DNA of 62,969 bases, counting the filler, from Octopus bimaculoides (taxonomy: Eukaryota): assembly GCF_001194135.2 (NCBI RefSeq). It is 5 parts of 5 records of this genome, joined end to end, with 100 filler letters (N's around TTAATTAATTAA, not from the genome) between each part and the next. Parts side by side here need not be neighbours in the genome. Positions count along the whole stretch, not along the records: positions 50,716 to 62,969 come from NC_068981.1; 4 more parts are not named here. The stretch is one strand, 5' to 3'. Every line of letters begins with the position of its first letter. The stretch's first letter is position 1. The position numbers and the translations under genes are program-made. This document shows, one piece after another, positions 51,945-62,969 of the stretch. A model generated the notes under the pieces. That model searched no databases, had not been told where the DNA came from, and saw only the letters and a program-made list of their open reading frames with translations.

Positions 51945-54482
51945 AAAAAATGGCCTGTAGTCACGTGGGAACAAAGCAGACAAGAGTGAGGATGAGGGAA
52001 AAAAAAAACAAAGGGAGTGGGGAGAAGGGAGATAAACTTCTGGAAGTACATTAGTCATACGACCATATATTGAATGTATGGTTTACAATGGTGTTAGTAA
52101 GTATATGCATACGAATATCTTCTGACAGCATGTGTATCTTACTGAAATTTGCTTCTTGTATTGCTTTATCTATCCATCAATTACTTCACTCATGTATATA
52201 TATATATAATCACATATTATCGTCCTTTATGATGGCCATTCACCTTTTTGTTACTGATAGATGAACTTAATGATATGCACAGCCTGTGTAGGCAAAAATC
52301 ATGTAATGACATACACGCGCATGTAGTGAATGATGTGGAAGTCAAGCACACAAGCATATTAATATGTAAATACGTAAAAACGCCTACGAATTATGATACA
52401 GCATATAACTGCAACCTCACAAATCGTAAATTCGCCTTCAATAATCTAACTTCACTTAATTTCATTATTGTTTATATTAAATTTTTAACCTATATAAGTG
52501 TGAGCTCTTTTCCTTCATATCAACATGTTAACACGAGACTCTTACGTACCCGTTTTGTATACAGTTCAATGAATTAAGTTATATATACGCATGCGCATTT
52601 GTTCACTGCCTACGCACATGGAGACACAAATATCATGGTGGTGGGGTGGGATAATAGTACCTCTGGATTAATCTATTTGACAGATACTAGTAATATATTT
52701 TCCGCTATTCTGAGATCTTAGTAGTGAATGAATGATTTATGACATTTGAACAAAAAATATATATGTAATTAGCCCTTATAGATTGTGTTGTAGTCGTGGT
52801 TGTTACTGTTGTCACCGTGTCAGTCATGGAGTAATTAGCGATGGAGATTATTTATTGTTTTTGCTTTTATTTTGAAGGATTTAGCTCTTGGTGTATCTGA
52901 GTGCATTTTACCCTGTTGAATGTTTTTTTATGTATGCTACAAATGTCGTTAATGTATTATATATGAATACTGATATTTTATCATCTCTGTATGTGGCATG
53001 CTTATATATTTCAGTGAAATGCTCTGATATTTGTCATTATCTGTGGTTTACCTCCTAATTATTGGAATGCCGGGTTTTGTAGATGCTACACTAAGTCAGT
53101 TGATTTGCATAAGGTTGTAGAGTAGTGGTATGGATTGGAGCATATCAGATGCGAGTTTATTTATATCAGGATATAGACTGCCCATTTATTATTACACACA
53201 TGGTAACGCCATAAAGCATAGACAGAAAAATGAGGATGAGAGACGAAACCATATAATTTACGATTCTGGATATTAGAAGCTCCAGACTTCTGATTCTGCT
53301 ACAAAACATAGACTTGACAACATGACGGAATTTGTAAGCAGCAGTTTTGCTATTTCTTATTTTACTGTTGAGTATTTTGTTCCTCGGAGGGCGCATTGAG
53401 TAGGCAAGTGGATGTAAGAGAAGGACATACGCTGAGCTGGTGGAGCATGATGACGATGGTTATGCCAATTACTGTAAATAGATTACAACTTGTGTTACTC
53501 TTAGGCATAGTTGTGATATTTTTGTACGTAAGAACTATTGTGGCTTTGAATTTCACCCATGTTTCAATGGAGTTTTTCTTACGCACATATTTGGTGAGGA
53601 AAAGACAAAATAGTTTGCGGTTATCTAATTCAATCCCTATACCCTATAACTTCAAATCCGAAGACACAAAGTATATAACAGTAAAATACTGGAATTAATC
53701 AAATTGTGGGTATTGTACCATTATGAAGTTTCATAATAGTAAGAATTTTGTGAAAATATAGTAATAGTAAGAATATTGTGAATATTGTGACACCATCACA
53801 TGTGTGTCTGCATGTACGTAGGCAGTGAATAAATGCGCATGCCTATATATGGCTTAATTCATTGAACTGGATACGTAAGAGTCTCGTGTCAACATGTTGA
53901 TATGAAGGAAAAGTGTTCACACTTATATAGATCAAAAATTTAATATAAACAATAATGAAATTAAGTGAGATTAGATTATTGAAAGCCAATTTACGATTTC
54001 TGAGGTTGCAGGCATTTGCTGTATCACAATTCGTAGGCGTTTTTACGTGTTTACATATTAATATACTTGTGTGCTTGACTTCCACATCATTCACTACATG
54101 GGCGCATAAGTAATTACATGATTTTTGCCTGCACAAGCTGTGCACATCATTAAGTTCATCTATCAGTAACAAAAAGGCGAATGGCCATCATAAAGGACGA
54201 TAATATGTGATTATATATATATATACAGGATTCATGAGCGAAGTAATTGATGGATAGATAAAGAAATACAAGAAGCAAATTTCAGTACGATACACATGCT
54301 GTCTGAAGATATTCGTATGCATATACTTACTTGTAAAACCTTATAAACCATACGTTCAATATATGGTCGTATGACTAGTGTACTTCCAGAAGTTTATCTC
54401 CCTTATCCCCACTCCCTTTGTTTTTTTCCCTTATCCTTACTCTTGTCTCCTTTGTTGCCACGTGACTACAGGCCATTATTTT
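51945..54482. repeat. Long inverted repeat with arms at 51945-52640 and 53791-54482 and a 1150-bp spacer
   Basis: The arms align end to end by eye, from AATGGCCTGTAGTCACGTGG to CATGGTG. The ORF track shows the same peptide (MLLIDELND.HSLCRQKSCN) on opposite strands. Confidence 0.92.
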
Positions 54483-54484
54483 AA

Positions 54485-55690
54485 ATATTATTTGTTTCAG
54501 GCTTTTGATGTTGTACCCGATATAATTATGCTTCTTATCGAACCACAGCCTGTGATGTAGGATGAGGAGCTTTTGTTATCTTGTACATAGGCATTATTTC
54601 TGCAATGCGCCCTACTCCAGATTAAGATAAAGATTTTTCTGAGTTATTTCCTGAATACATTGATGCTGTTCGCCAAATTCTCAATAATAATCGTCAGCAT
54701 GATGCCCTTGTTAATTTCTTGCCTCTGGAGTTAGATAATTTTATACTTCAAGCAGGTATAATACTTTTTTTTTTTACTCTGATATCAAATACCACATCGA
54801 TTACTATATATAGTGTCTTCATTTCAAAGGCTTCAATATTTGGCCTGCTTTGTTCTTCCCTGAGAAATGCCTCACAACAAACTCACTTCATCGTTTTCAA
54901 GGGCTTTCATTTCTATCCGCAACATTGATTATAACTATTTTCTGTACGTGCAAAACCATTTTCTGCCAATAATTCCAGAAAATTATTGCAACAATTTTGC
55001 TTTCTTACATTTTTTGTATTCATTCTTAGCTAACTTAGGGTTTAACTCGAATAATCTCATATTCTACGTTAAGACGAATTTTATTGCTGTTTCTTTATTG
55101 ATCAAATTTACTTTCAAGATTTCTTTCCGCAGGGCAAAATCATGTGCCCGATTTCATTTTTCATTATTCCTTTCTTTCGCCATAGCCATTGCTCCTTATC
55201 CTTTATCTCTTCTGCGTTTTCTGAAAAGCAGCATGGTAGAATTTCCTTTAGATCTGATCTCTTCGTTTCTCCTTTAAACTCGTTTATCTTTTTCGATTCA
55301 GCATATTTGAAAAACACTCTTTCACTTCCATGGGGCATTTTTTCTTTCTCTTTTCGATAGGAACCCTGACTTGTCTTCTCTTGTAACTCTTTCGCCATAC
55401 CCGTTATTAATTCTAGTGTCCGATATGACATTGCATTTTATAAAAAGTATCTGACGTTTCTGCAGGATTATGTCGTAGGCGTTTATATATTCAGTATACG
55501 CGACGCATAAATTTGTCCATCTCTTCCCTTTTAATCTCTAACGGAATTTCTGCTCATAAAGCATTAAGTGGTTTTCGTAAAGATGATGATCTATTGCGTC
55601 TGCAACTATCTTTGAGGAGTTTCCACACAATCGGTCAGTGATTTGAGTGAGAATTTACTTTCAGTGCCTCCTTTTGTTAACCCCTCGATT
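54485..55690 (-). pseudogene. Decayed L1/Tx1-type ORF2 (linker plus RT N-terminal half)
   Basis: Fragments QEKTSQGSYRKEKEKMPHGSERVFFKYAESKK (compare E.KA.GA..RSR..W...GE..TKYFF..EK), EAFLREE, YKII, EFGEQHQC..TQKNLYL and LILHHRLWFDKKHNYI (compare L.LD..KAFD.V.H.Y) appear in the expected order with many disruptions. Confidence 0.5.
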
Positions 55691-56204
55691 ACTTTCCGTC
55701 TTCTGGTAAAAACAAAAAAAACCCACTCTGCTGCTTATGCTATGACTACAACGATAAAAATAGCAGCAATGATATGAACAACCAGAAAAAAGAAATGAGC
55801 AGATAAGCTAATGCCTCCTTTCATCTTCTTTCCTCCTTGAATTATAATCAAATGACAAAGAGAAAAACAGGAAACGCAAGGAGTTGCAAGCGGTCACCAG
55901 AAACGACAAAAAATAAGAAGCTAAAAGCTTTAGTCGTAATACAGAAACGAAAATGTAGACAAAACAGAATCAACAACAAAAATAAAAAGAAAAGTCAACC
56001 ATCAATACAAGAAAGAAAACAACGCCAACAACAGCAAAAAGGACGGAATCCAAAACCGGGTAGTTTGGGGATTTTTAAAGTAAACAAGAAGCTATTTAGA
56101 GAGGCCTTTTAAAAGACACTCATGAAACCATATTCAGACTAACTGTCCACGCGATGACGAAAATGAGTAACCTCCCGATCTGCATTTTCTATTAGAACAT
56201 TCAT

Positions 56205-56560
56205 TTCTCCGTTTAGGATTGCAAATGTACATGTTATGAAGAGCTACTGAAAAGCATGGTCATATACTCAACCTCAATTCACTTAATGTAAATGAGGCAG
56301 CCTGTATCGAAATAAAATCTTCTGGAAAGCACGACACAGTTCTGAGTTTTGCAAGAATCAGATTTCTGAATCCAGAAAGAATCAGAGTTAGATATACAGA
56401 AGATCATCCTGGATCCGCGCAGTAAATCGGTGGTACTGAGAGTATGTGAAAACAAAGGGAGTGTCTTAGACTGGACTTCTTAAGATGTCTCGAAACATTC
56501 TTGGGAACATCGTACCCTTTCCTGCTGGTGGGGATATTGAAATTGTATTCTTTATTCTCA
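56205..56560 (+). pseudogene. Decayed APE endonuclease domain of an L1/Tx1-type ORF2
   Basis: Pieces KHGHILNLNSLNVNEAACIEIK, IILDPRSKSVVLRV and FLRCLETFLGTSYPFLLVG/DIEIV (compare .GD.N) match non-LTR APE motifs. Confidence 0.55.
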
Positions 56561-57099
56561 TAAATCTTCCTTTCTTCCTATTTTCCCTCATATTGCATTG
56601 CATAAATACCTACTCATATTGCCATGTTCCTCTTTTATCGGACACCTCTTTATCGGATGCTCCTCTAACAACTAAAATCGTCGCAATAATCAGTATTATT
56701 ATCACGTTTAATGCCTCGATAAGGCAGAGTTATCAGTGCTTTCGTAGGTTTTCTTATCCAGTTGCTCTCTCTAGTGTTCAGTTCACTCTTATCAGGGAAA
56801 TTTTCTTATTGCACGTTTTATTGCTAAATGTTTTGTTTTTGTTGACTTCATATCATTAAATGCAAACCTCACTATTTGCTGCTCATGTATCGAACTTCTT
56901 TTTTCCTTATTATTTTGGATCATTGTACTCTATAAATATCATAGGGGCTCATCGTTCTTTAACAGCTGGGCAATGCTATCAACTGAAATTTCACTTTAGC
57001 CGTATATAGTGGATAAGATTCATAATATTCTCATGGAAACCCTTATTGTGACGGAGACGAACTGACGTGTCGAACTTTATAATGATATAAATACTGAGG

Positions 57100-58260
57100 T
57101 TGAGATAGTTGTTGATATTACTGATAAAGCTGAAAATGTTCGTGCTGTTACTTTTGTTGAAGAAGATACATTAGTGAGGTTTCTTTTGACGTTTATTATG
57201 CTGTCTTGATATTGCGGATGCTGTTGACTTTAATCTTGATATTGATAATTCTGTTGGTGTTGCTGGTGTGTTTGGTGAAGATGATGATACTGATAATGTT
57301 GTTAATGTTGGTGATATGTTATTTTTCATGTTAATAATGATATTGTCAACTTTATATTGATGCTTTGTTGTTAGTATTGATAAGATTTTGCTATTGCTAA
57401 TGATGTTCTATATAAGTCGATGCCGTTTTCTTTTTTTTTTTTTTTGATGTGCGAGATATTGTAGGTATATGGAATAATTGATATTGCAGCTGATATTTTT
57501 GATGATGCTTATAATGGTATTTTTGGGAACGTTGATATTTTTATTGTTAATATTTTTATAATGCTATTACAGTTGATTGTGTTTTGATATTGTTGAAATT
57601 CGTTTTGCTGATATTCTCCTCAATATAATTTATGCTGCTGAGGGGTTGATAACGTTGGTAACATTGCTGTTGACAATGTTGATGGTCTTGATGTTATCAA
57701 TGTTGCTTATGTTATTGCTGTCATAGATGCTTCTGTCACTGTTACGTCCTAATTCGCTAGCAAAACGATACAGTACCTCTTTTTTTATTTATTTTACTTT
57801 CATTATTTTGCTCTTGTTATTGTATTTGTTGTTGCTGTTCAAATTGTCTTTGTTGTTACTAGACTTGTTGACTTGTTCCTCCCGAATATGTCCAAGAATT
57901 TATTGTTGCTCTTTTTGTTTCTGTTCTGGCTGTTCTCGTCGTCAATAATGTTTCGATGTTGTTTCTTGCATTGTTCTAATTGACTGTATTTGCAATTTTT
58001 CTTGCATAGCATGCAGTTGCCGTGGTAGTTACTGTTGTTATTGTTGGTGTCATTATACATGCTATTTATTGCTGTTGTCGCTGGTGATTTTCTCCTTACA
58101 TGTGGTTTCTCTTCTTGCCGACATGATGATGTATTGGTTTCTTTCTCTATTATCGTTATTGTTGTTGTTTTCTGTTTTTCTGCTTGTTGTTATAGATTAA
58201 CTTTTGTTTCCATTGTTGTTGCCATTCGCTGAAGTCGTTTTTTTTTATCCTATTGTTTTC
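57100..58260. repeat. Cryptic, degenerate (GTT/GAT/ATT)-derived low-complexity region
   Basis: T/G-skewed sequence built from decayed triplets, with no coherent ORF. Confidence 0.65.
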
Positions 58261-58757
58261 TTTCTTCCTTGTAATCATTAGATTTTGATTATATCACCGA
58301 AGTCTCACCATTGCCTGAAGGATGCATAGATCATTTCTTAGAATGATGTCGCAGTTCACTCTCTTTCTCACTCTCTCTCTGTCCCATCATCGTCTTTTAT
58401 ACTTTTACTTTCACTGTATGTATTAGTGTATTGTGCTTCGTACACAATACATCATCTTTGTTCATTAAATAAGTCTAAGATAAGTTTGTTGAAATTGCAC
58501 TTAGTTTTATATTTTACAGACGAATCCGATGTCTTTTCTTTTGGAAAAATATTTAACTTTATTTTGTTTATTTCTATTATCAGTAAATTTCAATGTTTTT
58601 GATAGTAATTGTCGATCTTAATATAGCCTATATTAGTTTTCCAAACTGTATATATGGCTATTTATTTATCCATATTTACATATAAACTCTATACATACAT
58701 ACACTCATGTACACACACATGTATAAATGCAAATGACTACACACACACATACATACA

Positions 58758-58788
<31 letters not shown>

Positions 58789-59764
58789 GTATATATATAT
58801 ATATATATNNNNNNNNNNNNNNNNNNNNNNNNNNNNNNNNNNNNNNNNNNNNNNNNNNNNNNNNNNNNNNNNNNNNNNNNNNNNNNNNNNNNNNNNNNNN
58901 NNNNNNNNNNNNNNNNNNNNNNTATATATTTGTTTTTGTATCATCTGTGGAATAGATCTACTTAATGTTAAACGGAAAGATTACATTGAATGTTTTACTA
59001 GAGTAGATATTTGTTAACTATTACATTTCTCTTGTAAATTTAAAATGCTAGCTAATTCTTAGTGCCACTAGTAATAATATGTAATGCGATACTTCACGTT
59101 AAACTGTTGTGCCGTCGGTGACTATATGTGTATCCTATCATACCTGCTCCTTCAGAGAGGGATTTGTAAGACACTCTGCGGGACGAAAGCAAGACATGTC
59201 AATAGGTACATGAATTAGGGAGAGTGCCAAAACATCCAACAGGTCTAAGAGCCATCTACTATAGACTTTGTTGAAACATCCTTCTGGGAGAAGAAGAACA
59301 GTGCTTGAACACTGCTATCTTCTTCTGCATCGTATAATGTAGACTATTTCTCTTTCTTGGTCAAATACACACGTTGTTGAGTGAGTGTAATTGACTCTCT
59401 CTTTAGGCATAAGTATCACTTCATTTTTAACATCTCAATTAACAATTCTATTATACATAGCCGTAACTGAAGATAAAACTCTCAATGGAAGGCTCTATCA
59501 TGGATGATGATTGGTGTCAGTATGGAAGATCAACTCTTAGAACACCTACTCCAGGAGGCATCCATCATTACTACACATGTGCAAAAGTGTTTAAGTGCAT
59601 AGCGGGAAACAAATACTATTACACTCTTAGTGCGCTTCGTTAAGAGTTCATCCAAGGGATGGCACTGTTCGAAACTGAGTTGCAGCTATCATATATGTTT
59701 CTCTCTCTCTTATATATATGTATGTATATGTTTATATATATATATATATCTACATATATGCATA

Positions 59765-59871
59765 TATGGTTCCAGATTCAATCTCATTGCATGACAACTT
59801 GGACAAGTGTCTTCTTCTATAATCACGGGCTGACCTAGGCCTACTGTGTAGATTTGGTAGATGGAAAATTA
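59765..59871 (+). mobile_element. Degenerate SINE family A 5' fragment
   Basis: GGTTCCAGATTCAATCTCATTGCATGACAACTTGGACAAGTGTCTTCTTCTATA...GATTTGGTAGATGGAAA. Confidence 0.7.
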
Positions 59872-59873
59872 TA

Positions 59874-60000
59874 CAGGGTGTCCACAAATTCTGGGTACAT
59901 GGGGATTGTCACATACTTTAAGCAATAATAATTTTTTATACTTAATTGTTTATGTTATGATTTTATTTACTCCATGTAGCCAGACTTTGTTGACACCATG
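59874..60000. mobile_element. 127-bp Tc1/mariner-type MITE
   Basis: 29-bp TIRs CAGGGTGTCCACAAATTCTGGGTACATGG and CCATGTAGCCAGACTTTGTTGACACCATG differ at 4 positions, with TA on both sides. Confidence 0.82.
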
Positions 60001-60104
60001 TATATAAAGTGAGAGAGTTGAAATTTACAGAAAAACAAAAGACGAAGACAGGTGTATACACAACAAGCAGGTGTATTAGTTTGACGCTCGGGTAAGTGAG
60101 AGGC

Positions 60105-60143
60105 TCTTTTACGTTTCGAGCCTACTGTCTTCAACAGAAAAGA
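60105..60143 (-). ncRNA. Hammerhead motif with a CUGUUGA core in a Penelope-type repeat (about 60005-60215)
   Basis: Minus strand: TCTTTT-[CTGTTGA]-A-GACAGTAGGCTC-[GAAA]-CGTA-AAAGA. Stem II is weakened. The flanks are homologous to 18700-18885. Confidence 0.5.
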
Positions 60144-61627
60144 ATATAAAGAAATAAACAGAGAGAATAAAAAGAGAGAATAAAACAACTTATGGATTTA
60201 GCGATCAATCATGGCGGGAATGGTTGTTTGTATCTCTATGTGTATGGTCGTATGTATGTGTAGTGAACAAAGAAGCAGAGCTTAATTATGTTCGCCCAAA
60301 GATAATCATTTACTCCGATGGAAATTCTTTATGTAAATACATGTTGCAGTTGTTGTTGGTGTCGTTGTTTGTTAGAACTATGCTAATCTTGCTCAATCTG
60401 TCTGATGATCAATGTCATTCTAATTGCGTCAATTAACATTCCTGTCTGATTCAAGGAATTGAAGTTCTCATTTTTCAAACTAGCTCTACATAAGAGAAAT
60501 GTGACTGTCATATCTAGCATGTCAAACGTCTACAAAGCAGTTCTCTCTTTCAGTTGTGTATATATTCTTGTGTAATTTGCTTCGCATGGTTTTATGACAA
60601 GGTAAAACTATAAAGCATTTCTCAATAAAAGACATTTTTGTCGCTTATATGGCCTGGAAACAAAAATTTATTTAGAAGATTCTTTTAAACATTTGTGAGT
60701 ATTTTCTCTAGCATTCACAGCAATTTGCTGATCTGCTATCCATGAATTCCACTTCATCTCACTGACTTTAACTACGTTATATGACATACCGCTACTTTAC
60801 ACTACCCGACAATCATCCCCCACAAACCCCACCTATGCCAATGCATTCAGTAAATTTATATACACAATAACACCATAAACAGTGATAATATGCTTGGCAA
60901 ATATACTCTCTCTAATATTTCACTAATGGAACACCCATCATAGTTCTTAGACTTGGCATTCAACTGAAACTAACCTTTATTTTTGTCTATTAGATAATGT
61001 GTGGTACTTATAGTCAACTGAGAAAAAATTCTTAAGTGCCTCGTGGTCCTTGCTTTATATTCTTAGTGTATTGTGGTTTTAAAGAAGAAACATTTTTTTA
61101 TGCTTTCAGATATAATCATTGCTTAGGTAAGCATTCAACTCTTTGCATTGAATCTCTTATCCTTTAAGGCATTGTACATTTAATATACATAATAGTAAGA
61201 TGTATTCATTGGAATATGTATGTACGTATGTATCCATATATATATATATGTATATACCAATGCAAGGACAAGTATGTACATACATATNNNNNNNNNNNNN
61301 NNNNNNNNNNNNNNNNNNNNNNNNNNNNNNNNNNNNNNNNNNNNNNNNNNNNNNNNNNNNNNNNNNNNNNNNNNNNNNNNNNNNNNNNNNNNNNNNNNNN
61401 NNNNNNNNNNNNNNNNNNNNNNNNNNNNNNNNNNNNNNNNNNNNNNNNNNNNNNNNNNNNNNNNNNNNNNNNNNNNNNNNNNNNNNNNNNNNNNNNNNNN
61501 NNNNNNNNNNNNNNNNNNNNNNNNNNNNNNNNNNNNNNNNNNNNTATATATATATGCACACATATATTTATCTCTCTCTATATATATACATATACATATA
61601 TATCTATATCTATATATCTATATATAT

Positions 61628-61658
<31 letters not shown>

Positions 61659-62969
61659 CACACACATAAATATATATATATATATGTATATACCAATGCA
61701 AGGACAAGTATGTACATACATATACATACTATGGACACGCGCACACTCGCATACAGATATAATAATGCGTATGTACAATATATTGCTAGGAAATAAATGT
61801 TATTTCAAACAAAACATAATAATTGATGTACTCATTCAGATCTTCCTGCATCAGTTGTTTGATCAGTAAATAGCTTTGTGATAGCTGAATGGTTGAATAA
61901 CGTGCCTTAAGCAGAAACTGAGTTTTGTCATTCAAAATTATCTTCTTCCCATTACCCGTGTTTTCTATGCTGGAACTACTTGGTTTTATAGAATTTATAG
62001 AACCTTCTGGTTGAAAGTTAACCTAATTATTACCACATGAGATCTTTCGTGAGAAATACTTTGCCTTTTATTTGCATTCCAAAATTAGATTTAAGAAATT
62101 ATTGATAGAAATCATATCAAAGAAAATAGGCCTTTCAATTATAATTTGTTGAAATGTATCCAATATCATGATCATTTCCTATGTCAAGCAATCAGCGAGA
62201 AAATAGATACATAAACGAAGGACAATTTTAGGGGAAACAATACACATAATTACGTCTATAAAGCAGTCAGATATCGTAGGAAGGAATGTAATATTTATAT
62301 GAGACTAAAAGAAATGTATTACTGTTAAAAAAAAAAATATATGTTTTAAAATTACAATTATATCTCCATAAAATTTAGATTTGATAAAACAATTCAGAAG
62401 TTGCATTTCAATGTTTTTATATGTTTGAACTTTGCATTTTACGAGTCTAGTTAGAATGTCACTTATTATTGACACTGATAATTCATGTATAATATATGAA
62501 GATATGTTACCAGTATTAAAAAGCAGAAGAAAAAAGAAATTTTTTAAATGAATTTCAATGATTTTCATTCTGTATATATTTCTATGTATTATTTGAAAAT
62601 GAGTTTTCAATCTGATGTTATTTTATGCCTCTTCATATTTCTGTATTAAAATTTATATATTGATGCTATTGTTGTTTTCAAGGCCAGGTCACGATCAAAG
62701 TTGTTCCAGCTGCAACAATTCCGTTCTTTGTACGAGCGGGACTATATCGTTTAATGTGATTAATGTTCTTCTTTTTTTTTTACAGTTAACTGTGATTGGC
62801 GGATAAACTTAGCAGCTGCTTCTAACAGGTCGAACAACTGCGTAGTTGCCCCTTCAAAGGGTCTAGTTTAATGATTCGTTTAATTACAAACACAAATATA
62901 CACAAAGAAATGGGACCATCATTTAAGAAACTAAAGACCATATTTGAAATTCAGAATGGTCGTCGTCGT

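Noticed and set aside
53396-53698. 100-aa hydrophobic ORF in the inverted-repeat spacer
   Set aside because: No motif was recognised. The opposite strand reads like a decayed LINE linker (ETWVKFKATI), so it is probably an antisense shadow.
61240-61725. Identical ~50-bp sequence (..TATACCAATGCAAGGACAAGTATGTACATACATAT) on both sides of the gap
   Set aside because: It flanks an N gap within microsatellites and is most likely a collapsed or duplicated contig end. It cannot be trusted without long reads.
62675-62830. Two acceptor-like sites near the window end with short open frames (GQVTIKVVPAATIPFFVRAG..)
   Set aside because: There is no convincing donor, and the second segment resembles a decayed interspersed repeat also seen near 14340.

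Overview
This is AT-rich, repeat-saturated animal genomic DNA with many N gaps. It is very likely octopus, an inference from the SINE families and the extreme microsatellite density. I could not recognise a host protein-coding gene, so the window reads as intronic or intergenic. Almost all ORFs in the supplied track are microsatellite or N-gap artefacts. Supported content: (1) about 20 copies or fragments of three tRNA-derived SINE types; (2) decayed DNA-transposon remnants (hAT/Charlie-like, PIF/Harbinger, two mariner) and two TA-flanked Tc1/mariner-type MITEs, one nested inside a Helentron-type non-autonomous element; (3) non-LTR retroelement pieces (an uninterrupted L1/Tx1-type ORF1 with a CCHC knuckle, L1-type endonuclease and RT remnants, a CR1-like 3' end, two RLE-type 3' ends, a Penelope RT fragment); (4) six dispersed ~200-bp Penelope-type terminal-repeat fragments carrying minimal hammerhead-ribozyme motifs, two with a variant CUGUUGA core, plus one isolated hammerhead-like core; (5) a ~690-bp inverted duplication around a 1.15-kb spacer; (6) a few weak exon candidates, including a 3-nt microexon-like signal. 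All family assignments come from manual translation and motif recall, not database searches.
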